From Octopus sinensis (lineage: Eukaryota), in the NCBI RefSeq assembly GCF_006345805.1, contig NW_021835087.1, positions 1 through 44,055 of the forward strand: a stretch of 44,055 bases of DNA. Reading direction: 5' to 3'. The notes beneath the pieces were generated by a model. It did not search any database and was not told the DNA's origin. It saw only the letters and a list, made by a program, of their open reading frames with translations. Below, piece after piece: positions 25,260 to 37,329 of this stretch. Positions within the stretch are counted from its first letter, which is position 1; each line of letters starts with the position of its first letter. The position numbers and the translations under genes are program-made.

Positions 25260-25646
25260 ACTAGCAGTATCGCCCGGCGTTGCTCGGGTTGTAAGGGAAA
25301 TAACTATATAAGCATTTTTAGAGAGTTATAGCCAAAAACAAAATGCATTAAAAATTGAAAAAAAATTAAGGTAAATTTTTTTTTTAATCGTTGACACATC
25401 GTAGATATTTTTAGAGAGTTACTTCCCTTATATAAAAGCGAAAAATTGCATTAAAATGGAAAAATATGATGGTAAATTTTTTTTTAATCGTAGACTCATC
25501 GTAGACGCGCGCTAATACCCAGAAGGGCTCGATTATGATCACGACTATAAGATACCCGCTTTTGGTTAAACTGCACCGCAAAATGTGGGAGTAGTTACGA
25601 ATCTAAATCGTAAGAGACAGACACACAACTTCACTCTTATAAAGAT
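25260..25646 (+). mobile_element. Non-autonomous Helentron/HINE-like element
   Basis: 5' ACTAG...GCCCGGCGTTGCTCGGG; internal direct repeat TTTTTAGAGAGTTA; 3' GACAGACACAC...TTATAAAGAT. Confidence 0.6.
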
Positions 25647-25649
25647 GCT

Positions 25650-25978
25650 TTTTTTTCAGTCATAGAGTTAGATTTATGAAGGTCTTCAGTAGAAAATCCT
25701 TCGAATCTGACTCGCTGCTTGATTATAATGAAATTCGTATCCATTTTTTGTCAGAATTACAAATTTTGAAAACACAATAGGAACAAATTTCGGAAAAAAA
25801 ATCTCCCATAATTCACGGAATTAAAATTACACTTCGATTTTTGTACAAAACAGTATTTGAAGTGTTTACGAAGTATATAATACGTGTTTTCACGAATGTA
25901 CTAAGAGATTTACTCTGATATTCTCATTTAAATATGAATAGGTAAATTGGGCGGGCGGTTTGGTAACGAAAGGGTTAA
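25650..25978. mobile_element. One end of a piggyBac-like element
   Basis: Ends ...GGTAACGAAAGGG|TTAA (CCC terminus plus TTAA target); partner end not certain. Confidence 0.4.
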
Positions 25979-26039
25979 ACGGATGCATACATTTATAATA
26001 ACTATATATAAGTGTCGTCTGTTTATACATAAACACTGT

Positions 26040-26507
26040 TTCATACTTTCAGTTAGTCTTCCTCAAATCACTCTGTCGCTATTTACTCTCTTCCAAGAAC
26101 ATTTTCACTCACTCTTATCTCTTAGCTTGCCATACTTTTACTCATGTATCTATCAGCGTGATAGACAGAAACAAATATTACATTCGCCATCGCCATCGCC
26201 ATCGCCATCGCATTCTATTGTCTACCTGTCAACACACACACAGTGAATTACTTTCAGTTTATTCGTTGCACACTGTGTGTGTGCGTGTGCGTGTGGTGTA
26301 AACCACATTAAGAAAAGCATTTGACATACACACCAGAATGTGAGTTTTCTGTAAATTTTGCTTAATTGGAGTTTAAATTTTAAAAACTGGACCTGGCATT
26401 CTACTCTTAAAAATGCTAGGTAAATTGTAATTGAAGAAATCCTATATTGTAGATTTCTATAACTGACAAAGGAAGGCAGATAAAATCTGCCTTTTATAAT
26501 AAGAGAT
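26040..26507 (+). mobile_element. Probable Helitron/Helentron-like 3' end
   Basis: Perfect hairpin AAGGCAGAT-AAA-ATCTGCCTT (26473-26493) followed by TTATAATAAGAGAT; 5' limit unknown. Confidence 0.35.
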
Positions 26508-26727
26508 AAATTTTAAACTTTAATGGTACACTGTATTCTTTCTGTTTATGTTTTTTTTATTGTGTTTTAAATATGATAAACTTTTTTGCACATCTTTCCC
26601 CGAAGATATTCTCAATTGTAGTATTAAACCAATTGATTTAGTTAAATTATTTGATTTATACTGCAAGCGATGAATTGAAACAATTGTAGGTCTGATCTTG
26701 TCACTGTGTATATATATATATAATATA

Positions 26728-26805
<78 letters not shown>

Positions 26806-26813
26806 TATATGTA

Positions 26814-27718
26814 CAAGAGGGTACCAGGTAACGTTCTCTGTAGGACAAGCCCATGATAGTTCAGGCTTGTACCTCTAGAAGCCACTTGATGAAAGGTTCA
26901 GGCATCAGTCTGCCAACTTGCATTTTCTGGTGGGGTCCTACTGCCACCTGGTGTGTCTTTGTTTTGCAGTGCTTCTCCCCTTGTTCATCGATTTTTGAGT
27001 TGGCTGAAATGAAGGAACAGCGTGCTTTTGTGAAATTCTCTTTTATGCTGGGGAAAACATGCCCAAAACAGTTCTCATGCTTCAAACAGCTTACAAGGAC
27101 ACTGTCTTGAGCAAAACACCAGTTTAAGAGTGGTTTTCACATTGTAGAAATGGTCACTTGTCAGTTAAAGACAAAAACCTCATTCATGATGACCATCAAC
27201 CTCTCAAATGAATGAAGACATCATGTAAGTTCATGAACTGACTTTGTAGGACTGTCACTGAAGAATTGATGAACTTGTTGATATGACTGATGTGTCCTGT
27301 GATTGGTGAGCTCCTACAAACGAATTTTGAGCAAGGAATTGTAAATGAAAAGAATTACAGCAAAATTTGTGCTTGGCTTGCTCACAGAAGATCAAAAGCA
27401 GTCATGACAGAATGTATGTTGTGAACCTGAATAAACAGTTAGAAGTTGATCCAAACCTTTCTTCAAAGATCATCGCTGGTGACAAGAGCTGGTGCTACAG
27501 GATTTGCAGATGTGGAAGAGGAGAAGAAAATATCGATGGTGGCATTAAAAGGCATCACTTCCCAAGAGTTTCAGTACTGCTTCGAACAGTGGAAAATGCA
27601 TCGGAACCAACACATTACTTCAAATGGAGAATACTTTGAAGGCGATAAAAGTATAGACATGTAAAGCTAAGGGAATAAAATATTTTGCAAAATTCTCATT
27701 TATTTTGGCTACCCCTTG
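26814..27718 (+). mobile_element. Internally deleted mariner with both ends and TA TSD
   Basis: TA|CAAGAGGGGTA at left and TACCCCTTG|TA at right; MKEQRAFVKFSFMLGKT, IIAGDKSWCY and C-terminal FEQWK...GEYFEGD; most of the catalytic core is missing. Confidence 0.85.
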
Positions 27719-28064
27719 TATAGACACATATATAAACATACATCCACACACACACACATATATATATATACACACAAATGCATTAATACACACACACGGT
27801 TGACACTTACATCAGTAATGATGAGTGAGGTCTCAGTAAAAGGAATTTTAGTGAGTTTTGCTACTGAACAACCAGCACAAAGAATTTGCTTCATATGAAG
27901 TTTATGCCATTCCTGCTGCATTCCTTCCTTGCAAGAGAGTAATCTGAAGTGGTCCACAGTATGCTGGGTGCCAGTTACAAAATGATGAATGCTAGAGACA
28001 GAAGGAATGCAAAATCGAGAGAGATTGAGGATGATTTGCCTGCCATTACAGTTTTTGTATCGTA

Positions 28065-28246
28065 TACTATTTACTTGTTTCAGTCATTTGACTGTGGTCA
28101 TCCTGGAGCACCTCCTTTAGTCGAGCAAATCGACCCCAGGACTTATTCTTTATAAGCCTAAGTTACGGTGATGTAAATACACCAGCATCAGTTGTCAAGC
28201 GATGATGGGGGACAGACACAGACACAAACATACACACACGCACACA

Positions 28247-28300
<54 letters not shown>

Positions 28301-28468
28301 CATGTATACGACGGGCTTCTTTCAATTTCCGTCTACCAAATCCACTCACAAGGCTTTGGTCGACCCGAGGCTATAGTAGAAGACACTTGCCCAAGGTGCC
28401 ACGCTGTGAGATTGAACCCAGAACCATGTGGTTCGTAAACAAGCTACTTACCACACAGCCACTCCTAC
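28065..28468 (-). mobile_element. SINE family A with internal microsatellite and short internal deletion
   Basis: Colinear with the reverse complement of 38289-38724 except for a missing block. Confidence 0.85.
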
Positions 28469-28571
28469 ATCACTCCTATGTATGTGAAGTTTACTCATAC
28501 CACGCACACAAATCCGCAAAGCATCTACATAAACAGGAATATACAAAATATCATAGATAACTGCAATGTAA

Positions 28572-28787
28572 TATGATGGGTTGCTGAAAAGTTCCTGCTT
28601 TGGGTAAAAGACAAAACATGAGGATCAGTTAATTAGGATTTTATACAAGATATTTCCCTCTCAGATTCACGCACTTATTGCAGTGGTCCTTCAGTTTTTC
28701 TAAGCCCTGTAAAAGTACTCAGAAAGTTGGGCTTTTAGCCAGGCCTTTTGTGATACCTTTCAAGCTGGGAACTTCCCAACACCCCTT
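28572..28787. mobile_element. Mariner-derived MITE
   Basis: Imperfect TIRs GGGTTGCTGAAAAGTTCC / GGAACTTCCCAACACCC; minus-strand LKDHCNKCVNLRGKYLV* resembles a mariner C-terminus. Confidence 0.55.
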
Positions 28788-29010
28788 TGGCACCAAACCA
28801 TCTGCTGCCATTGGTTAGATTTTTTTGATTTCTGTGTTTCTGTGTGAATAGATGGATGGATGGATGGATGGATGGATGGATGGATACGTAGACAAACAGA
28901 TATTCATACACACACACATGCACACACACACTCACACACACACACAAACACACACACAAACAAATACATCATTTCTTAATATACTTTACAATATATATTT
29001 CTTCAATAAC

Positions 29011-29090
29011 GTAAACGCACCAGCATCGGTTGTCAAGCAATGTTGGGGAGACAAACAGACATGCAAACATATACACACACACACACATAC

Positions 29091-29127
<37 letters not shown>

Positions 29128-29292
29128 GAAGGGCTTCTTTCAGTTTCCATCTACCAAATCCACTCACAAGGCTTTGGTCAGCCCGAGGCTATAGTAGAAG
29201 ACACTTGCCCAAGGTGCCACACAGTGGGACTGAACCCACAACCATGTGGTTTGTAAGAAAGCTACTTACCACCCCGCCACTCCTACGCCTAT
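29011..29292 (-). mobile_element. SINE family A, 3'-truncated
   Basis: Homology to other family A copies. Confidence 0.85.
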
Positions 29293-29987
29293 GATATAAA
29301 TGTTTGGTTGGGATTACATCATACTATCAACCATTTGGTAGGGAGTGGCCCATAGCGCCAAGTGTTTGGTTATGATTGCTCTATATCACTGAATGTGTAG
29401 TTGAGATTGGTTCATATCACAATTCACTTGGTGTACAGTTCTGTTTTATTATGAATGTTACCAAACAACAGGGAAATCATTTTGAGCAAGTTTACTTAGG
29501 TTATTTCTATGAACCATACATATGAAACCTTGCTACTCATCCAGTTCTGTGAATGTATAATTGGTTCAATTCATTACAAGACATTCCTCTGTATTGAGCC
29601 ATCTACTATTTACAATATAAAGATAGATTCATAGATATATTCATAACTATTTCTATTATTCTCCTAGTCCTGATAGAGCACTATGTGTGAATACAATCAA
29701 CAATATATCTTCACAAAAGTTAAACGCTGCAATTTCACATTTATTGTTCACAGGTTTAGCACAAGGAAACTTCTCCAAATACAGTTTTTTTGCAGGGCAG
29801 TAACATTCATAAAGAAGATCCCAGATTTACACACCCAGATATTTGCTGACAGCGTGTTTAAAACATCTAAATATAACTGCAGATAATTCATATCTTTATT
29901 TCATTGATGATTGCATGATGCTACATGAGATCTATGTACAGAAAGCCTAATATGAATATTTGTGTTTATAGAAATGGTGCTTTTTAC

Positions 29988-30337
29988 AGCACCATTCGAG
30001 CATGATGTTACCGGTGTCGCCTTACTGGCACTTGTGCTGGTGGCACAGGAAAAAAACATTCGAGTGAGGTCGTTGCCAGTGCCGCTGGACTGGCTCCTGT
30101 GCAGGTGGCTTGTAAAAAACACCATTTGAGCATGGCCATTGCCGTACCGCCTGACTGACTCTCATGCCGGTGGCACGTAAAAGCACACACTACACTCTCG
30201 GAGTGGTTGGCATTAGGAAGGGCATCCAGCTGTAGAAACTCTGCCTGATCAGATTGGAGTCTGGTGCAGCCATCTGGTTTGCCAGACCTCAGTCAAATCG
30301 TCCAACCCATGCTAGCATGGAAAGCGGACGTTAAACA

Positions 30338-30370
<33 letters not shown>
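29988..30370 (+). mobile_element. RTE LINE 3' UTR with (GAT)n tail
   Basis: Homologous to 1200-1575. Confidence 0.85.
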
Positions 30371-30371
<1 letters not shown>

Positions 30372-30469
30372 GAAATATTTGTTTTCCAACATAGATATTT
30401 TCTTTTTTGTTTATTTTTCAAACTTGAATCAGTGATTTGCAACTTGAATTTTCTCATTTCCAGTCATGA

Positions 30470-30629
30470 GGTGACAGCTGTTGTTGTTGTTGTTGTTGTG
30501 GTGGTGGTGGTGGTGGTGGTGATAGTAGTTGCGTTGGAAGAGGTGGTGGCAGCTGCCGCAGCAATGGTGTTGATGGCGGGGGTGTCAACGGTGGGGATAA
30601 TGGTGATGGTGGTGGTGGTGGTGGTGGCA

Positions 30630-30680
<51 letters not shown>

Positions 30681-30860
30681 GTGATGATGATGGTGATGAT
30701 GATGGTGATGATGATGATGATGATGATGATGATGGTGATGATGACAGTGGTGGTGGTGGCAGTGGTGGTGGTGGTGGTGGTGGTGGTGACAACTGCAATG
30801 ACAACAACAACAACAATGACGATGAGGATGATGATGATAATGAGGAGGAAGAGGCGGAGG
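30470..30860. repeat. Compound (GTT/GGT/GAT)n microsatellite
   Basis: Direct inspection. Confidence 0.9.
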
Positions 30861-31287
30861 TGTGTGGTTTCAGCTGGTCATTGTAGAGGTGATTACAATA
30901 ATGGTATATATGAAAAATGTGCTGCAGATGATGATGTGGGTGAGGTTGACAGGTACGCTTATAATACTGGCTTAAGTGATTCTAAGCTGGAAGGAAATGG
31001 CAATGCTAATGATGATGGTAAGACTCACCTGAAGACTGGAAAGAATAAATTCTGAGGAGATGCTCACACACAAACATGAATAAATAATGTTGTACAACAT
31101 CAAATATTATTATTATTTTTTTATTTTATTTTATTGCAAATCACACAATCATGTGAAACCATCATCCACTTTCTCCCAATGATATATTATATTTATATAT
31201 ATATATATATATTATATATATATATATATATATAATTTATATTATATATATGTATTATAGATATATATATATATATATTATATATAT

Positions 31288-31329
<42 letters not shown>

Positions 31330-31866
31330 TATGTAGATGTATGTAATATATTATAACATATATAATATATATTATATATATATATATATAGAGAGAGATG
31401 GAGAGAGAGAGATACATACATACATGCATAATACATATATTCACATAAAAAAAACATGAAGGCAGATGGTGTAGACAACAAACAGGTGTTTTAGTTTAAT
31501 TCTCTGGATGTGAAAAAGTCTTTAACATTTCGAGCCCACACTGTTCCACAAAAGGAACACAGAAAGAAACAGAGAGAGAGAAGAAGAGTGTGTAGTGGCT
31601 AGTGATCTGTCATGGCGAATATATATATATATATATAATATATATACAAAATAAGAAAATAGAGAAATACATCCAAATCAAATATCAACTACCAGATAAT
31701 ACCCAGTCACATACTTTATTAAACCGCCACATAAGAAACTTTAAGGTCAAACATAATAATATAGAACAAAACAGTGCACATAAAGGAGTAATATGATACA
31801 ATAAGTGCAATATGTATAAGAGAATATAAATAAATATAAATAAATATAAATATAAATATAAACTAC

Positions 31867-32277
31867 ATCTTACAGCTGTTTCGGCCATGCAGATAAGTAT
31901 GTCTCATTTTACTTATATTAGCCATTTGTGGTAGGTTGGACCGGGCTGCGTGTTGTGTTCTTGAGCAAGGCACTTTATTTTTCACGTTGCTCCAGTTCAC
32001 TCAGCTGTAGAAATGAGTTGCGACGTCAATGGTGCCAAGCTGTATCGACCTTTGTCTTTCCCTTGGATAACACTGGTGGCATGGAGAGGGGAGGCTGGTA
32101 TGCATGGGCGACTGCTGGTCTTCCATAAAACAACCTTGCCCGGACTTGTGTCTAGGAGGGTAACTTTCTAGGTGCAATCCCATGGTCATTCATGACCGAA
32201 GGGGTTCTTTACCGGTAGGTCAATCTGTAGTTATAAATGAGACATTTACAAAAATATCCTAAGGCCTCTTCGGAGAT
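31867..32277 (-). ncRNA. Type I hammerhead ribozyme motif (Penelope-like-element type), interrupted by a SINE in stem II
   Basis: Minus strand AUCU-CCGAAGA-GGCC...GGCC-GAAA-C-AGCU-G-UA-AGAU: stem I 4 bp, stem II GGCC/GGCC, palindromic stem III ACAGCUGU, GUA cleavage triplet; one core deviation (U4 to C). Confidence 0.8.
31937..32213 (+). mobile_element. SINE family C (CORE-type), 5'-truncated, with 7-bp TSD
   Basis: TTGTGTTCTTGAGCAAGGCACTT core; GGTAGGT at 31930-31936 and 32214-32220. Confidence 0.8.
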
Positions 32278-33974
32278 TATGAAATACAAACCAAATTACA
32301 TATACACTCATATAAGTGTGGGTACATACCCATAATAAATCATATACATATACATATGAGTGCATATACTCATACTCTTATACATATACATATACATATA
32401 CATAATAATATAAATAATATAAATCAATAAACATACATATGTTCCATATTCAATGTTACAGTTTTTCAACTTAATATTGTGATATTACAATGTAGAAAAC
32501 ATACACATATTAATACCCAAATGCAGATATACAGAGTCAAGAGTACATTATATTAATTCATATTAATTTACAAAATGTCATTAATGTTAACATCATTACC
32601 ATTATCATTACTACTAATGCTACCAATATCATTATTCTTATTATTAATAACACTAATACTAATAAAACAATATATAGATCCCATTATTATCAATATAGTA
32701 GCAAAACCAAGGACCACAATAGTACTACAGTACCATGCACAGCGTTAAATATCTGCATATACATACAAAATATGAAATAAAAGCATTCTGTTTACATGAT
32801 ATTAAGATCCACAGCTGCACAGATGTACATCCGAGTTCAAATTTATAATTTCAATTGTGACACAAATACAGTATTCCCTTCAGAAATAGTTACGAATCTA
32901 GCACTAAAATATGATTCGCTTGTACATTAAAATTTAAATTACAATTGTCTTCTTTACGGTTGGTTTGTTGAGAAACATCCGCACATGTACACTTGCAAAC
33001 GTGTGCCCATGTTTTAGAATTTTTCAACTAAGAGTAAAATAAGAAAAAAAATTAAGTGAAATGTTTTGTAGATATTTCCATAGTCTTCAAATAGTCTGTC
33101 TCTCTCTTTATTTTTTATGTATGCCTCATAGGTGGGTATTAGTAAATCTGAAGGAATAGTTTGGGTACAGAAAATTGGTTGTTTAAGCAGGAACAGCCAA
33201 AGTAGAAGGAGAAGAAGAAGAAGAAGCCAAAGGAGAAGGAGAAGAAGAAGAAGGAGATGATGATGATGGTGAGGAGGAGGAGGAGGAGAAGTAGGAGTAG
33301 GGAAGGAAGAGGGTGAAGGAGAAAGAAAAGAAAAGAAAAATACCGGAGTGCTGTGACAGAGTGAATTGTTTGTGGAATCTTCTTCAATGGTCAAATGACC
33401 TAAAAGTGACTTGTTGTGGTTATAGCATTAGTGGTTGGAATTGTTCTAAATTTTTGTGGTGGTGGCGACATTTCAATTGAGTTTATATTTTGTGATAAAA
33501 TATGCTTATGCTTCTTTGCTAATGCACTAATTATAGGTTGCATTGTCCCTGAATTTATAGAGGGGAAAAATTCTACAATGAGATGGCCATATTTTTTTTT
33601 ATGCTTACATGTCGAGTGAGTTTCTGCAATGATATGCCCTTTCTGTTACCAGTTTTCAATCACAGTAAAATTTCTCTATGGCTGGACATGTTCGCATATA
33701 ACATTAGAACTGAAGGAAACCACTTTTATGGTGGTGATGCTTGTTTACAACTATCTCAGGATCTCAAAACAAGTAAATACAATCACACACATCTTTGCAA
33801 GCGCACACATACATACACACATACATGTGTGTGTGTGTGTGTGTGTATGTGTGTGTGTGCGTCAGTGTCTCTGTTTTTGTGTCTATGTGTATCGACTCTC
33901 TTAGCATATGGAAATGCCAAGTCTATGATCCTACACTGTTTATTTTGGCTTGCAACTTACTTGGTCACCCTACC

Positions 33975-34232
33975 AGTGCTGGTGCTACATAAAACGCATC
34001 AAGCCCACACTGTAAAATGGTTGATATTTGGAAGGGCATCCAGCTGTAAAAACCAGTGCTCGTGTCATGTAAAAAGCACTCGGTCCACTCTGTGGGGTGG
34101 TTGGTGTTAGGAAGGGTATCCAGCCATAAAAACAATACGAAAACAAACACAGAAGAGTGCAGTCTTCTGCCTGGCCAGCTCCTGTTAAACCATTCAACCC
34201 ATGCCAGCATGGAAAGTAGACGTTAAATGATA
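33975..34232 (+). mobile_element. RTE-type 3' UTR fragment with duplicated GGAAGGGCATCCAGC block
   Basis: Block occurs twice; ends CCATGCCAGCATGGAAAGTAGACGTTAAATGAT. Confidence 0.7.
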
Positions 34233-34259
34233 ATAATTATAAAGAGAAGGAGAAGGATG

Positions 34260-34695
34260 AATCATATCTGGTCTTCTTGCTTCAAATACTATGGTCAGTT
34301 TTTACAGGGAAGTCCCATAAGATCCTGTCATTCTCATTTTCTATTACAGCCACTGGTTCATCTGTATACCACTTTTCTGTTGTTTCAAAGTTATACACAC
34401 AGCTAACATCCCAATGCACTTTTCTATCTACACAAATATGCCGGCACTTATACTCTTCTTATGCTAGTTTACTGCACTCACTTCAAGAGATAATTGATAC
34501 TTACATCATCTTTCCTGTTGATTATACATTTACTGTCTAAATAGGTTTTGTTGATCTTTATCAGACTCATCCTAATGTCGTGTTGCTGAGCAGCTATAAT
34601 TAGCATTTCAGTCTCTCTTTCATTTCTATTTGTCAGCCAGAGTCATTACTCTTTGTTTCTGACATTCTTGGTTTGTTGCATGAATTGGCCATATA
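34260..34695 (-). mobile_element. R4/Dong-like (RLE) non-LTR retrotransposon fragment
   Basis: Minus-strand translation with frameshifts: YGQF...ETEMLIIAAQQ...EEYKCRH...KVHW...KWYTDEPVAVIENENDRILWDFPVKTD...ARRPDMI. Confidence 0.8.
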
Positions 34696-34725
34696 ATTCT
34701 ATTTCTTTCCACTTGCTTGCTTATT

Positions 34726-34876
34726 TCTGTTCCTGTCTACCAAATACACTCACAAACTTTTTGTCAGCTTGATATTATAGTAAAAGGCACTTGCCCAAGG
34801 TGTCACAGAGGAGGGACTGAACCTGAAGCCATGTGGCTAGGAATCATAATCACACTGTTATGCCTGCACCTGCTCC
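34726..34876 (-). mobile_element. SINE family A, degenerate
   Basis: CACTTGCCCAAGGTGTCAC...GGACTGAACC. Confidence 0.65.
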
Positions 34877-35032
34877 ATCCAAAGAATATTGTTATTATTG
34901 CTACATTATATTAGTACAGCTCAATGCAACCCCAAAAAGTGGTTCACCGGTCAACATCATCAGACTGTGGCCAGCATAATAGAATAGGGGCTTCAATTTG
35001 TTTCCCATAAACAAATTTAGAGACAAAACAAA

Positions 35033-35092
<60 letters not shown>

Positions 35093-35095
35093 CCG

Positions 35096-35126
<31 letters not shown>

Positions 35127-35133
35127 CATATAT

Positions 35134-35695
35134 ATTACGAGCAAAACGCCCTCCCCCCTCCCGTCCAATGGATGGTGCTGAGTTGTCAAACATTTAAACC
35201 AAATTTTCTCAAAAAAACTCGTCCGACCATCCCATAGGCCTCTCCTTTGAGAAACACTGATTTAGCCTAAATTTGAGACACCAGCAAAAGAAGAAATAAA
35301 GATAGACGTTTTTCTATTCCAAAGAAAAACGATTTTCTTCACACAAATATGCAACTGAAGAGTTTAAAGTACCAGTAATGATAAGGCTGTTGACTGGGAG
35401 AACACAAACATGGTTTAAACAGTAAGCTTGGCAGGAAAGAAACGTGCCTTTAAGCAGTACAAAAACAACAAAAAATGGAAGGTGCAGTTATGTACAGGCT
35501 GACGGAAGAAAAGCAGGACCAAAAAAGCTATATCGATCGCATTCTCACCTGGAATCGATTTTCGTAATTTTTTCAAGACTTATATACGCCCTGATACCGT
35601 CGGTATCTACATATCAAATTTGAGCGCAATTGGACGGAGGATGCCCGAGATCTGAGAAGACACACACACAGACAGACTGGATTTTATATAATATA
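35134..35695 (+). mobile_element. Non-autonomous Helentron/HINE (DINE-1-like) element
   Basis: Subterminal inverted repeats CCTCCCGTCCAAT (35157-35169) and ATTGGACGGAGG (35629-35640); hairpin GATACCGTCGGTATC; 3' ACAGACAGAC...TTTTATATA. Confidence 0.6.
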
Positions 35696-35774
35696 TATAT
35701 TATATATATACACACACATGCACACATACGGTTTTTTAAAAATAATTTTAATTGTTTTCATTTTCCCCTTTTTA

Positions 35775-35805
<31 letters not shown>

Positions 35806-36054
35806 TCTTTCTTTCTGGTAGTCTCCAAAAGCCCTTCGTCTATCTTTTCATATAAATTACATCAATATACTCCACAAGCATTGATACTTTCTCCATTCCT
35901 CTTCTCCCCTCTACCCACCAATGATTCCACTCCATGTCTGTCTTTCAATCTATAAATGTCACTTCATTCAGCAAAGCATTAAATGGTATTGTGAAATATA
36001 TAAAAATCACGCACACAGACACACACAAACACACACACACATATATACACAACA

Positions 36055-36085
<31 letters not shown>

Positions 36086-36369
36086 CCTCTCTCTCTTTCA
36101 CACACACAGTGTTAATTATCATGGGAAGAAGCCAGGTGACTAAAAATTTCATGAAATAGAATTGTGAAGACTAAAATATACAAAATCTATATTTCGTACA
36201 ACTTAGGAAATGAATACCACCATCTACATCTATTATTATCAGGGTAATGATGATGATGATGATGATGATGATGAATGACGATGATGATGATGATGACGAT
36301 GATGATGATGATGATGATGTCAATGACAAAAATGACAGCAATGATGAGAATAATTGAAATGATATATAT

Positions 36370-36440
36370 CAGGTGTGACACAGAATGTGACGAAGATGGC
36401 CCTTTGAATTATACATACAACTCGATTTTGCCAGCTGAGT
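36370..36440 (-). mobile_element. SINE family C-related internal fragment
   Basis: Reverse complement ACTCAGCTGGCAAAATCGAGTTG resembles ACTCAGCTGTAGAAATGAGTTG at about 32000. Confidence 0.45.
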
Positions 36441-36470
36441 AAAGACATTTCACATAATTTTAATCGATAG

Positions 36471-36815
36471 ATGCAGGAGTGGCTGTGTGGTAAGTAGCTT
36501 GCTTACCAACCACATGGTTCTGGTTTCCCAGTGTGTGTGGGCACCTCGGGCAAGTATCTTCTACTATAGCCTCGGCCCGACTAAAGCCTTGTGAGTGAAA
36601 GAAGTTCATCGTGTGTATGTGTGTGTGTCTGTATGTGTGTGTGTCTGTGTGTGTGTGTGTGTGTCTGTGTTCGTCCCCACCACCATCGCTTGACAACCAA
36701 AAGCACTAGGCTTACAAAGAATCAGTCCCGGGGTCGAGTTGCTCGACTAAAGGTGGTGCTGCAGCATGGCCACAGTCAAATGACTGAAACAAGTAAAGGA
36801 ATAAAAGAATAAAAA
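36471..36815 (+). mobile_element. SINE family A with two internal deletions
   Basis: Head, CORE-like block, (TG)n and 3' GGGGTCGAGTTGCTCGACT...GAAACAAGTAAAG. Confidence 0.85.
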
Positions 36816-36939
36816 AATAACTTGGGTTGTTTTCCAACTATTTTTTTCATGCTTGTTTCTATAAGGCCCTCACTACTTATGAAATGCGTCCTTGTAGCTT
36901 GTAATTGTGCCCTCTTATGCTTAACTGCAGGCCATGTGT

Positions 36940-37275
36940 CACAACTGGAAACAAGTATTATTATGTCCAAAATGCCTGCAGACCAATGAAACCATACTGC
37001 ATACATGTGTTCAGTATCTAAAGGCTACCGACCTGTGGAGAAATGTTGACCAACCATTTGTCTTGTGTAGGATGGATCCAGATATCAGCTGATTCCATTT
37101 CAATGATTGCCTCACCATCCTCCTATATTCAAGCAGGGAAGGCAGTTTTGCTCTGTCTTGTGGCTATGGTGGCTATATGGTGTATAAGGCTGAAAGGTAT
37201 GAGGATAGAGGCTTTCCTCTTAAGAGAAGCTCTCATTGACTTTATTATGTTTCACTTGAAAAGGAATGTATGAGT
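36940..37275 (+). mobile_element. Tx1/L1-clade LINE, C-terminal fragment
   Basis: CPKCLQTNETILHTCVQYLKATDLWR is a degenerate CCHC knuckle, followed after a frameshift by GKAVLLCLVAM...FHLKR. Confidence 0.65.
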
Positions 37276-37329
37276 GAAGAGGAAAGTACCCCCTCGATTA
37301 AGCTTATTGAAAAGTTGGTGTAAATGGCA

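Noticed and set aside
31455-31620. Possible second hammerhead or Penelope-type terminal repeat (minus strand GGGCTCGAAA)
   Set aside because: No CUGANGA core or pairable stems remain in this copy; the family link rests on recollection only.
32700-33020. Possible GIY-YIG/Penelope ORF remnant upstream of the hammerhead
   Set aside because: Translations contain many stops and no GIY or YIG motif.
33400-33545. Minus-strand frame MQPIISALAKKHKHILSQ...SHF*, with a superficial resemblance to an MBNL1 tail
   Set aside because: The similarity covers only a few residues, and no zinc-finger or other supporting exon is present.
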